A DNA stretch of 64,000 nucleotides from Lytechinus pictus (lineage: Eukaryota). Numbering within the stretch: the stretch's first letter is position 1; the number at the start of each line of letters is the position of its first letter. A program made the position numbers and the translations under genes. The DNA lies in assembly GCF_037042905.1 (NCBI RefSeq), contig NC_087249.1, forward strand, positions 8,682,001-8,746,000, given 5' to 3'. Positions 40,701-51,785 of this stretch are shown piece by piece. Below the pieces are notes generated by a model, which had not been told where the DNA came from, did not search any database, and was given only the letters and a program-made list of their open reading frames with translations.

Positions 40701-41758
40701 GAAAAGGGGAAAAGAGGAAGAAGAGTGAAGAAATTGACAGACGGGGAGAATATCAGCGTTTCAGCTAGGTCAATTTGTAAAAATTAATGGTTCATTTCGC
40801 TCTTCATACTTTCAATAGTTTAATTAAGAAGATTGTGCACGCTGTTCATTTTTACGAAAATTACTTAGGTCTTTTCGTCTTTTCTTTTTCGTCCTTGATG
40901 AAAGAAGTAAGTTCGCGCTTCGCGCTCATATTTTATGTTTATGAGAAACATGTTCTGTGCACAACTTTTTTCAGGAAGGCCTTTTTTTTAAAGAGTCGTG
41001 GTGTAGTGGTTCTGACTCCCGCCTTGTAAACGGAGAGTCGTATGTTCGATTCCCACCGCGGTCTATATTCCGTCCTTTGGCAAGACGTATTGCACACCTT
41101 GCCACTCTCGACCCAGGTGCTAAATGGGTACCCGGTTGGATGCGAAAGTTATTGTACGCTAACCCGTACTTCGTTACTTTTTGTAATTTTCTTGTCTTGT
41201 ATTATCCCGTTGCCCCATCTAGCGACCACAAATGGCTTTTGTTACTTGTGTACTCGTTCCATACTAATTAGCATTGGATCCACACATTCCTGAATCACTC
41301 CGCTTGCCTTCCTATTCCAGTCCGAACGTTCCTGAAACAGTCCGCTTGCCTTCTTATTCCTGTCCGCACGTTCCTGAAACTGTCCGCTTGCCTTCTTATT
41401 CCAATCCGCAAGTTCCTAAAACATTCCGCATGGCTTCTTCTTTGCTACCTGAAGCTGACCTGATCGCGGATGGTTTCCGGAAGACGCGGAAGGGTTTAGG
41501 AAGGGCGGGACATCATCAGGACATCGTTAGGACAAGGTCCCGAAGGTATCAGGAATTCAATATCCGCGTCGAAATTTTGGTCGATACCAAAATTTGGATG
41601 CGGACAAATTTTGATTTCCCGAACACCAGGAAGGGTTTAGGACAGCGTGCGGACACTCCCAGAAATGTCCGGACAGGTTGCGGAAGGGTCGCGGATTGCA
41701 ATTATTACATTCCGCGCCTTGTCCTGACGCTGTCCTGGCCCTAGTGGAAAAGGGGTAT
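37742..41758. mobile_element. ~4-kb nested insertion upstream of gene B: TIR element 38008-41756 (PIF/Harbinger-like) containing a gcgcttcgcgctc-type element (~38552-39950) and a SINE
   Basis: TIR core ttttccactagggc (38013-38026) / gccctagtggaaaa (41738-41751). The flanks join up in the left arm at ~7820-7835. Confidence 0.75.
40994..41140 (+). mobile_element. tRNA-derived SINE head
   Basis: A box tggtgtagtgg, B box gttcgattccc, then ..cgacccaggtgctaaatgggtacc core. Confidence 0.75.
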
Positions 41759-42239
41759 GAGAGACTAGAAATCTCTTTTTCGAACTTCTATTAACAAGTC
41801 AATCGCAACTTTTTTTTTACTAAAAAGCTGTGACTTTGCCTCATGTAGAATGGTAATTGCTAGATGTTATAATAATCCCCTTTATGGCTTGTGATGTTTT
41901 CTATTGTAGTAATTTTCATTTTTATTTTCACACATTATGATGATGTTGGGCTGATACTTATTTACAGATGGGCAATTCCATAAAATGATCAACCCTTTTG
42001 TACGTCCGACCCTCATTTTTCTCAAGTTTTACTTCACTTCATAAACTGACCAAGTCATGGTCCTTTGATAACATTAACTGTCAAAACAGTGAGAGGGGTA
42101 TGATTGAATGGATATGAATTCGTTACCGTGTGAAAGGGCGGTGAGGCTTTACACTCAAACCATTATACCCGCCCTTTCACATGGTAAAAAAGAATCGTAA
42201 TTTGAATGATGAGTCCAATGAAAAATAGTTTTCAATATT

Positions 42240-44610
42240 TTTTTCTGAATTCTTGGTAATGCCCATTTTTTGTTAATAAAAACGGTGTAAGTATATAAAA
42301 TCATACAATATACAATGAAAATGACATTCAATATGCTTCAAAAGTGCAATTTTAAAACAAATCAGTTAAAATGACTAACCAGTAAACAACAATCTACAAC
42401 AATTGGTTTCTATCTAACAATTTTTCTGGATTCTTGGTAATGCCCGTTTTTTCTTATAAAATGGTGTTAATATATAAGATCATACAATATACAATGAAAA
42501 TGATATTCAATATGCTTCAAAAATGCACTTTTAAAACAAATCATAAAATGACTAAACAGTAAACAACAATCTACAATTAATTTTTATACCGTATCTAATA
42601 TTTTTCTGAATTCTTGGCAATGCTACATTTTTCTTATAAAATGGTGTAATTATATAAGATCATACAATATACAATGAAAATGATATTCAATATGCTTCAA
42701 AAATGCACTTTTAAAACAATTCAGTTAAAATGACTAAACAGTAAACAACAATCAACAACAATTAATTTCTATCTAATAATTTTCCTGAATTCTTGGTAAT
42801 GCCCGTTTTTTCTTATAAAAGGTGTGAATATATAAGATCATACAATTTACAATGAAAATTATATTCAATATGCTTCAAAAATGCAATTTTAAAACAATGA
42901 GTTAAAATGACTAAACAATAAACAACAATTTCTATCGAATAATTTACTGAATTCTTGGTAATGCCCGTTTTTTCTTATAAAATGGTGAAAATATATAAGA
43001 TCATACAATAAACAATGAAAATTATATTCAATATGCTTCAAAAATGCACTTTTAAAAAATGAGTTATAATGACTAAACAGTAAACAACAATCTACAACAA
43101 GTAATTTGTATCTAATAATTATTCTGAATTATTGGTAATGCCCGTTTTTTCTTATAAAATGGTGTTAATATATAAGATCATACTATATACAATGAAAATG
43201 ATATTCAATATGCTTCAAAAATGTACTTTTAAAACAAATCATAAAATGACTAAACAGTAAACAACAATCTACAATTAATTTTTATACCGTATCTAATATT
43301 TTTCTGAATTCTTGGCAATGCTACATTTTTCTTATAAAATGGTGTAATTATATAAGATCATACAATATACAATGAAAATGATATTCAATATGCTTCAAAA
43401 ATGCACTTTTAAAACAATTCAGTTAAAATGACTAAACAGTAAACAACAATCAACAACAATTAATTTCTATCTAATAATTTTCCTGAATTCTTGGTAATGC
43501 CCGTTTTTTCTTATAAAAGGTGTGAATATATAAGATCATACAATTTACAATGAAAATTATATTCAATATGCTTCAAAAATGCAATTTTAAAACAATGAGT
43601 TAAAATGACTAAACAATAAACAACAATTTCTATCGAATAATTTACTGAATTCTTGGTAATGCCCGTTTTTTCTTATAAAATGGTGAAAATATATAAGATC
43701 ATACAATAAACAATGAAAATTATATTCAATATGCTTCAAAAATGCACTTTTAAAAAATGAGTTATAATGACTAAACAGTAAACAACAATCTACAACAAGT
43801 AATTTGTATCTAATAATTATTCTGAATTATTGGTAATGCCCGTTTTTTCTTATAAAATGGTGTTAATATATAAGATCATACTATATACAATGAAAATGAT
43901 ATTCAATATGCTTCAAAAATGTACTTTTAAAACAAATCATAAAATGACTAATCAGTAAACAACAATCTACAATTAATTTTTATACCGCATCTAATATTTT
44001 TCTGAATTCTTGGCAATGCTATTTTTTTCTTATAAAATGGTGTAAATATATAAGATCATACAATATACAATGAAAATGATATTCAATATGCTTCAAAAAT
44101 GCACTTTTAAAACAATTCAGTAAAAATGACTAGACAGTAAACAACAACCTGCAACAATTAATTTATATCTAATAATTTTTCTGAACTCTTGGTAATGCCC
44201 TTTTTTGATGGTGTAAATATATAAGATCATACAATATACAATCAAAATGATATTCAATATGCTTCAAAAATGCACTTTTAAAACAATGAGTTAAAATTAC
44301 TTAACATTAGACAACCTACAACAATTAATTTCTATCTAATAATTTTCCTGAATTCTTGGTAATGCCCGTTTTTTCTTATAAAAGGTGTGAATATATAAGA
44401 TCATACAATATACAATGAAAATTATATTCAATATGCTTCAAAAATGTACTTTTAAAACAAATTAGTAAAAATTACTAACCAGTAAACAACAATCTACAAG
44501 TAATTTGTATCTAATAATTGTTCTGAATTCTTGGTAATGCCCTTTTTAAAATGAAATTAAATGAAATATAAGATCATACAATACGCTTCAAAAATGCACT
44601 TCAAAACAAA
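42240..44610. repeat. Tandem satellite, ~165-180-bp AT-rich monomer, ~13-14 units, with a ~698-bp four-unit higher-order repeat
   Basis: ctgaattcttggtaatgccc recurs about every 175 bp; the variant cttggcaatgcta recurs at ~42612, 43311 and 44009. Confidence 0.95.
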
Positions 44611-44784
44611 TCAGTTCAGATGAGCAGGTGAGCTGACTGTTATTTTAGTCATGTTAACATTTATAGTCGTAGTTTACTAGAATAAGGTCATTTATGACTA
44701 GAAAATAAGAAAGAAATATCACTATACATAATATCAGTTGAAGAGAGTTGACTACATTGACTATCATTAGTGAACTGGATGGAC

Positions 44785-45082
44785 CTGATAATAATGATAA
44801 TATGAATTTATATTGCGCCGTCTGTCTGGAAAAAAAAATCTATTCCGAGGCGCATTGTTGTTATTATTATTATAACCCCAGCTTTTAGCTCAAGCAGCCT
44901 TCAAGCGCTCTGCGCATTTCAAGGAATTAATCTTGCTGGGTACTCATTCACCTCACCTGGGTTGAATGCAGCACAATGTGGGTAAATTCCTTGCTGAAGG
45001 AAAACACACCATGGCTGGGATTCGAACCCATTTCCCTCTGATTGAGAGACGAGAGTCCTAACCACTAGACCACTGCGCTCCC
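44785..45082 (-). mobile_element. Full-length tRNA-derived SINE
   Basis: Minus strand: gtggtctagtgg (A box), gggttcgaatccc (B box), cccaggtgaggtgaatg core, 3' tail ending in (ATT)-type repeats. Confidence 0.85.
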
Positions 45083-45305
45083 ACCCCGTTCAGAGTAATT
45101 TATTCTCCCTTAAGTATTGAGTTTAGGAAGTCGGTCAGATAAGCCAGCCGGCAGAAATAATTAGGACCATTTAAAAAAACGACCGTTTTTTAAGTGGGGG
45201 CTAATCATGCAAAATATGACAATCAGATCGTAATATGTTTTTTTTACACACTATAGGAAAAAAGTCAGTCTCTCCCCCCCCCCCCCCTGAGGAGGAAAAA
45301 GAGGC

Positions 45306-48300
45306 TTATTGCCAAATAATGTAAACAGAAACAAGAAAAACAATGAAATATATCAACCAACTGTTGACATGATAGAAAAAACTTTCCTTCTGAGGTATCT
45401 GGAGCCTATTGGACTGTAAAGGTTTACCGACTCTCTCTGAGATTGTCATGATGGCATTTCTGGCACCACTCCACTGACCTGGTCCAACTAGACGGTACTG
45501 ATAGGGTGTAAATGGACCGGAAACGCACTTCATAGCTAGGATTGGATCACGGAGCAACATCTTCCCAAAATCTGGCTTCACCCCAAACTCAATTGCAACA
45601 TCATCCATGTACTTGATGAAATCCACTTGGAGTGTATGGCGCTGGGAGGAGATGAAACGTTTGGACATAGCTTTTTCTTTACTCACCATGTCGGCTTTCA
45701 TCGCCTCTGTAGAGGGTAGCTTTGCAAGACCTTTAAAGACTCGTGCTGCCCATCTAGCTTGTAACTCTGATATGGGAATAACAGAACCCGCAGGTTTGAT
45801 GTATCCCACGAAAGCGATGGTAGCATGTTGGAGGTTCATTGGGAACACGTACTTGTAGAGTGGAAGCTTGTTCTTCTCTACCGTCACCACCGAATCTTGA
45901 AGAAAGGGAAATTTAAAGACGTACCCAGTTGCAAGGATAACAGCATCCAGATCTTCGATGGTTCCATCCTTGAACACGACACCAGTTGGTGTGAAGCGTT
46001 TTACATCTGGCTTGATAATGACCGATCCATTAGCAATGCAAGTAGGGAGAACCTCGTTTATTGTTACTTGTTGGCCCAGCACTGAGTGATCGGGTCGGAT
46101 ACCAAGAAAATTGTGATCCACTCTTTTCCTATAAAAACAAATACATCATTGGAAATATAGCATAGTAATTAACATGGAGAATGCATGTATTGACAAACAT
46201 CGTTGCAATCTTGTAAATTAAGGACCTTTTTAGAGTAGTACGCAAATTCATACTTAAGTGTCCCCCTGTTTGTAGGTTTTGAAATAAGCCAAATTATTTG
46301 TTATCATACTCGTACTGAGGGATATACCGTATAGGGACATAAATTAATAGCGTAATTCGCTGCAAAGCACGATCGATCCTAGCTTTAAAATATGCAGTGC
46401 CTTTTAAATTCAGGGATAATTTAGTTTCCAACACTAAAATGAGTAATAAATGGTAAGTGTGAAATCTTAAAAGCGCCCATGCTCTGTCATCTTGTACGAA
46501 ATTACCGGTACAAAACCTTTTTTTTAGGCCAGTTTTATTTTCATAAATCGACAACACCGGCAGTCTGCATTTTGTGCGAAAAAAATTAGGAGATGGGCAT
46601 GATATCATTCTAGCGTTGAAATCCCCGAGGGTCTTTGTCAGATCTCCTATTCCTGTAGTTTACTATGCACAAAGACATACCTTTTGAGCAACTCCAGTCT
46701 TTTCAGCTAGATCGAACGACAACGTAAATTTGTATTGGACAGACGATATCATAATAAATTGCCTCCGGCCATTGCTGGTCAAAGAATTTTAAAAAATATA
46801 TAACTTACTCCACAAAAGCCCTGATTCCCCTTTCCTTCACTGGATGGGGAAGGAGATCCAACAGTCTATAATGGAAAAATATATCTCCATTTCCAAAACG
46901 GGAGACTATCCACATCCCTATACGTGCACTCAAATAAACCTGAAAATGGGAAGAGAGTGGAAGAGAGAGGGCCAAGGGAGGGGGAGAGAGGTTGGGGGCC
47001 GGGGGGTGGGACATTATGAATATATAAATATATTCTGCGATGCACACTCTATTTTTCCTCTTCCCACAGTGAAGTCCAAAGTGTAGTCCTACTAGAACTT
47101 TATAACTTTCGGAATACTGCTTATTATATTGTACGAGAGCGAAAGTTTTGTATTATAAATATTTACTCCCATTAAAAAGAGTAACATGATTCGAAGTCGA
47201 ATTCTTTTCGCGCACTCTGAAATCATCCTTCTTAGCCCCTAACTGTTAGAAACAGGAGGAGATGGAGAAAGAAAAAAATACACGATGAAAAGAATATGTT
47301 CATATTCATGTTTTTATATATGACATAATCTATTCAAAAATTGCCCATTCCCGTAACGAAGTGCAAGGCGTATGCCCTACGATCAAGAAAGTTCATCTGC
47401 GTTGGTTGAAAATAAGGAAAAGTTTAACTTATGCTCACAACACACAAAGAAAACTCAAAGAATTACCTCGAAATGTGCCGTGTTTATTTTACCACCCTTT
47501 CATATTTGTTTCCTTCGAGGCTCAGTATAAAAGAATTAAGCACATGATCCCGTGTTATATTTCGCATATTTTCATTATTCATGATAAAAATATGCAAACT
47601 ATAACACGGGCTCATGTGCTTGATTCTTTTATACTGTTCAAAACTTGAAAATAACACGGATTTCATTTTAACTTTCGAATTCGAATTCAAATTCGATTTA
47701 TTTCCCAAAGAATAAAACATTTATAACAAACAATTATGATACTAATCATTGTCATATAAAAATTATATGCAATGACAGAAATGATAATAAACATGTAAAG
47801 AAATTTACATATTATGGTATATTTTTGTAGACAATTTAAATGACATAAAATGTGGAAATGGTAAGGTAAAGGACGGTAACTATGGAACGGAAATCAATAT
47901 GTAGTTCCTTGTTTACAATTGGCCCGGACGATTGGTAATCGTCTGATCGTAGTTCCATGTGTTTGGGAAAGTAACATTCCAAGATAGAGGCTATACTCTG
48001 AAGGATTGTTTATCATTAATAATCCAACGCTTACCAGGGGATTCTTTCTAATATTCCAGGGGCCCGTCTTACAAAAAGTCACGATTGATCCAATCAATCG
48101 TAACTCTATGGAAATCCATCAGTGTCATAATTTTTTTCTACAGGAAATTTGCACAATGTCCTTTTTAAACAAAGAGAAGCACAGTGAAGTTTTAAGAAAA
48201 CAATTAATGCATGAATATACATCATAGCTAGAAAATATTTTGAACATGCATAAGACATGTTGACTTTGTTGGCCGTCCATAGTTGCGAATGATCGGATCA

Positions 48301-51300
48301 ATCGCAACTCTTTGTAAGACGGGGCCCAGATATACATGACACACAGCGTGTAGAGATCGTTTATCTCTTAATGCTATTGAGTTAATTATGCATGTGCGTA
48401 AGTTTGCAGATTGAAGGCATGGCCTTTGTCTTTGACAGCTGATGTCCTGTATCAAAATAGGCCTTTATGATTCAGATTTAGAGCGGTAAACATTGAGAAG
48501 CAGACGATTTTTGTGCAATAAAATGTGTTATTATTCGAGCCGCAATGGGATCAATGTAAACAAATATTAAGAGAATATCATTCAGATGACAATGACAGTC
48601 ACACATTAGTGAACTTATTCAATCCATCTTTTTGTAGGTCCATTGTTTTGGTTGGCTGGATGGGCTTGCATTGGTTGGTTGGGCTTGTTATGGTTAGTCG
48701 GTTGGGCTTGAACATTTATCATAATATAAATAGGCCTACTCACCTCTGATGCATGTTGGCTCAATTCCACTGCAGCATCACAACCAGAGTTACCCACTCC
48801 AATTATCAAGACGCGCTTGTTCTCAAAATTTCCGGGTGTCGAGTAATCATGCGTGTGAAGAACTCGACCCTTGAACTCGTTTATTCCTTGAATATGATTA
48901 TCAAAACACAAACCATAAAAATGATATGTTATACCATATTGTGTATATTATACTTATGGCGTGTTTCTCAAAAAGATTTAATTGTGATTTAAGTGTGATT
49001 TAAGTCATACTTAAGTGCCGACGTGACATACGCATAGCCGCAACTATGTGTGTCTTCGTCCTCTGAGTATGAATAAAGTGATACGTTTTTAAAGGACAAG
49101 TCCACCCCAACAAAAACGTGATTTGAATAAAAAGAGAAAAAATCAACCAGCATAACACTGAAAATTTCATCAAAATCAGATGTAAAATAAGAAAGTTATG
49201 ACATTTTAAAGTTAAGCTTATTTCTAACAAAATAGTTATGTGAACGAGCCAGTTACATCCAAATGAGAGAGTCGATGATGTCACTCACTCACTATTTCTT
49301 TTGTTTTTTATTATATGAAATATGAAATATTTTGATTTTCTCGTCATTGTCATGTGAAATGAAGTTTCATTCCTCCCTGAACACGTGGAATTCCATTATT
49401 TTAACATTTTGTGCTTCAGGCAAGGAGGTCCTAATCGTCAAATCCGTAAAAATTGAAATATTGTATAATTCAAACAATAAAAAACAAAAGAAATAGTGAG
49501 TGAGTGATGTCATCGACTCTCTCATTTGGATGTAACTGGCTCGTTCATACAACTATTTTGTTAAAAATAAGCGAAACTTTGAAATGTCATAACTTTCTTA
49601 TTTTACATCCGATTTTGATGAAATTTTCAGCATTGTGCTCGTCTGATTTTTCTCTATTGATTCAAATCAACATTTTTCTGAGGTGGACTTGACCTTTAAT
49701 ATACCAAGCATTACTGGGAATTTAAGTGCGACTTCAAGTCACACTTAAATCGTTTTGAGACACGCACCCCCAGTTGATCAGTAGCGGGGTGACACTTTGG
49801 GGAAATTGACTTCAAGTTTATCATGTTATATTGATGTTAGGGTGGGTGACTGACCCCGGACTGAGTCCATCTCTCGATGTGTTTTAAAGCTAGCGTCACA
49901 TCGGCTTCAGTCCTGCAATTGGTTAGTGTGGACTTAAGCCGACTTGACCATTGAACTAGAAATAACTAACTAATCGTGAAAGAGCAATAAAAATGTTTAC
50001 ATCAAAATTCATGTACAAGAGAATAGTGATCTGGAGGCAGCTTCAAATTGCAGGTGTGAAGGCAGCCGCAAAGCCGGCATCGCAGCTGGCTTCCAACCCG
50101 ACGCATGTGTATCGATCAGGGGCCTTAGATCTGTTTCTGTTAAAGTAACTCCTGAGTAACTCCGCAAAGCAGCTTTCCGCCGCATCAACGCCAAGACATA
50201 CCCAATGACATAGGAAACATTGTAGGTCAGCTTAGAAGCCGCCTTTATGACCTGCAATTATTTGCAGCCTCCTCGATATCATCATCCCCTTTTACACATG
50301 GTCTAAGGCCTGCAATGTCTACACTGACGCTGGTTTCACGTTGTCTATTCACGTGACACGAGTCACATGACGTTCATGTCAACATGTTGTTCTTGCACCA
50401 TGTGCACAGTTTGTTATTATACCTATATTTATTGTTCGCTATTTCTGTGGTCAAGCCAGTCTTGGTGTTACACGTACCAACTACGGGAGTGAAGCCGACG
50501 TGATGCCGGCTTCTAGTCACATTTACAGAGTTGGACTCAGTCCGAGCCGGCGTATATTGTATGACACATAAGTCACCACCCTACCTTAATCAGTCATAGC
50601 TAGAGGCTAGAGGCTAGAGGCGTTTAGTTTAAATGGAGAACGTATAGCCGAGCTGGGATTTAAAATTTACAACCTTGCAATCAATTGAGTCCAATGCTCT
50701 AACCACTAAATCACGCGACCTTTGCAAATATGGATTGTGTGTTATAGTTCGTTCAATACAATTAGCACGGGTAACATTAATTGTTTGAGAAAATAGTTGA
50801 AAATTACATCACCCAGAGGCAAATATTTTACATCACCCTCTCACCTACAAACTCTGGGATATATGGTGTAGAGTATTGTCCTGTGCATACAAGAACAGCG
50901 TCGTAGATTTCAGTAACGGACCTGTTGCAAGCATCTTGATGATTTGTTGTAACTTTCCATCGGCCCGTTTCTTTGTAGTCATCCCCAAAAACGACAGAGT
51001 CCACTTTAGTGTGAAAGTGAATGTACTTCCGGAGATGAAATCGGTCACAGAAGAGTTGAAGGTACTTGAACATTAGTTTATTGTGCATGAAGTTTGGGAA
51101 GTCGTCTGGAATGGGGAAGTCACTGGATTGAAGGTACAGAATCGAAGAAAAATTATGAATTAGCGTAATATTAAAACGGCTTAAGCTAAATCAAGTCAAG
51201 CAATTTTCCAGAGCACTGATACAATGTTGGGATGAACAATCAACATTCATATTAATTCAGACCATTATGATAATAAACATGCGAGGGAAACAACTGAGTG

Positions 51301-51785
51301 GAAAATGGCTCCACATGGCGTCGCCAGGGATGCATGTCTAGAGCCCAGGAATTCCGATAAAGCAGAAGCTAGGAATTAAGAGCATTTTAATTACATTTTT
51401 AAACAGTTTTATGTTCTTACATTGACAGGACCCCAATTACTGACGACGGTATTTGTAACTCTTCACTCCTCATTCTAGAACATTTCGAAATGTTCTCGAT
51501 GAGAGTTAAAGGTCGGAAAATGATTTGGGCCTTAGGCAAATAAAGTGATGTAAGTCGTATCAAACCTCACCTGTAACATGTGATCTCTTTGCAAGTGTTG
51601 ATTACTGTCGACTTGAAAACACTAGCGTGATCATGCCGCTCCTCTCGATAGCACCATAAGCCTCCAATATCACCCGATTTCTCGAAGCACACTGGTTCGA
51701 GACCCTCGTCCAGACAACACTTAATGGCAGCCAGCCCATTAGCTCCAGCACCGATAATTGCAACCCTTTTAGCCATTTTTGGCAT
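45306..51785 (-). CDS. FMO: Flavin-containing monooxygenase (FMO5-like, class B), 529 aa. Coding exons 51785-51571, 51122-50845, 48886-48744, 46939-46809, 46128-45306
   Basis: Exons of 215+278+143+131+823 = 1590 nt join in frame at gt/ag sites. FAD motif GAGANG, GGLW, INT, SDFPIPDDFPNFMHN, fingerprint FKGRVLHTHDY, NADPH motif GVGNSG, ATGY, ELQARW, PYQYRL.GPG.W.GAR.AI, and a hydrophobic C-terminal anchor. Confidence 0.96.
47524..47635. repeat. ~35-bp inverted repeat (hairpin) inside a probable MITE (~47350-47892) in an FMO intron
   Basis: gtataaaagaattaagcacatgatcccgtgttata / tataacacgggctcatgtgcttgattcttttatac. Confidence 0.75.
48060..48326. mobile_element. Harbinger-like MITE with CAG TSD
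   Basis: cag|gggcccgtcttacaaa ... tttgtaagacggggcc|cag. Confidence 0.8.
48957..49771. mobile_element. MITE (gcgtgtttctcaaaa / ttttgagacacgc) hosting a complete Kolobok-like MITE at 49093-49695
   Basis: Outer IR includes gatttaagtgtga / tcacacttaaatc. Inner element ttaa|aggacaagtccacccc ... ggtggacttgacct|ttaa. Confidence 0.8.

Larger units (their letters stand above)
23920..42120 (-). repeat. Right arm of the large inverted segmental duplication
   Basis: See left arm. Outermost match is gaggggtatgattgaatggatatgaa (~42092-42118) to ttcatgtccattcaaccataccc (~7280-7302). Confidence 0.92.

Noticed and set aside
40994..41070. tRNA-like sequence (also ~6880, 16870, 45010-45082, 50640-50720)
   Set aside because: A and B boxes are present but no convincing cloverleaf is seen, and the better-preserved copies continue into a SINE body.
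41274..41744. 156-aa ORF with VPETVRLPSYS repeats
   Set aside because: It derives from ~36-bp tandem sub-repeats in the terminal region of the TIR element ending at 41756.
7280..42120. Inverted duplication as an uncollapsed-haplotype assembly error
   Set aside because: The arms differ by many arm-specific insertions and by 16/48 nt in exon 2, which is more consistent with old paralogy.
45607..46085. Plus-strand ORFs over the FMO exon (also antisense ORFs over the LINEs)
   Set aside because: Antisense shadows of real coding sequence.
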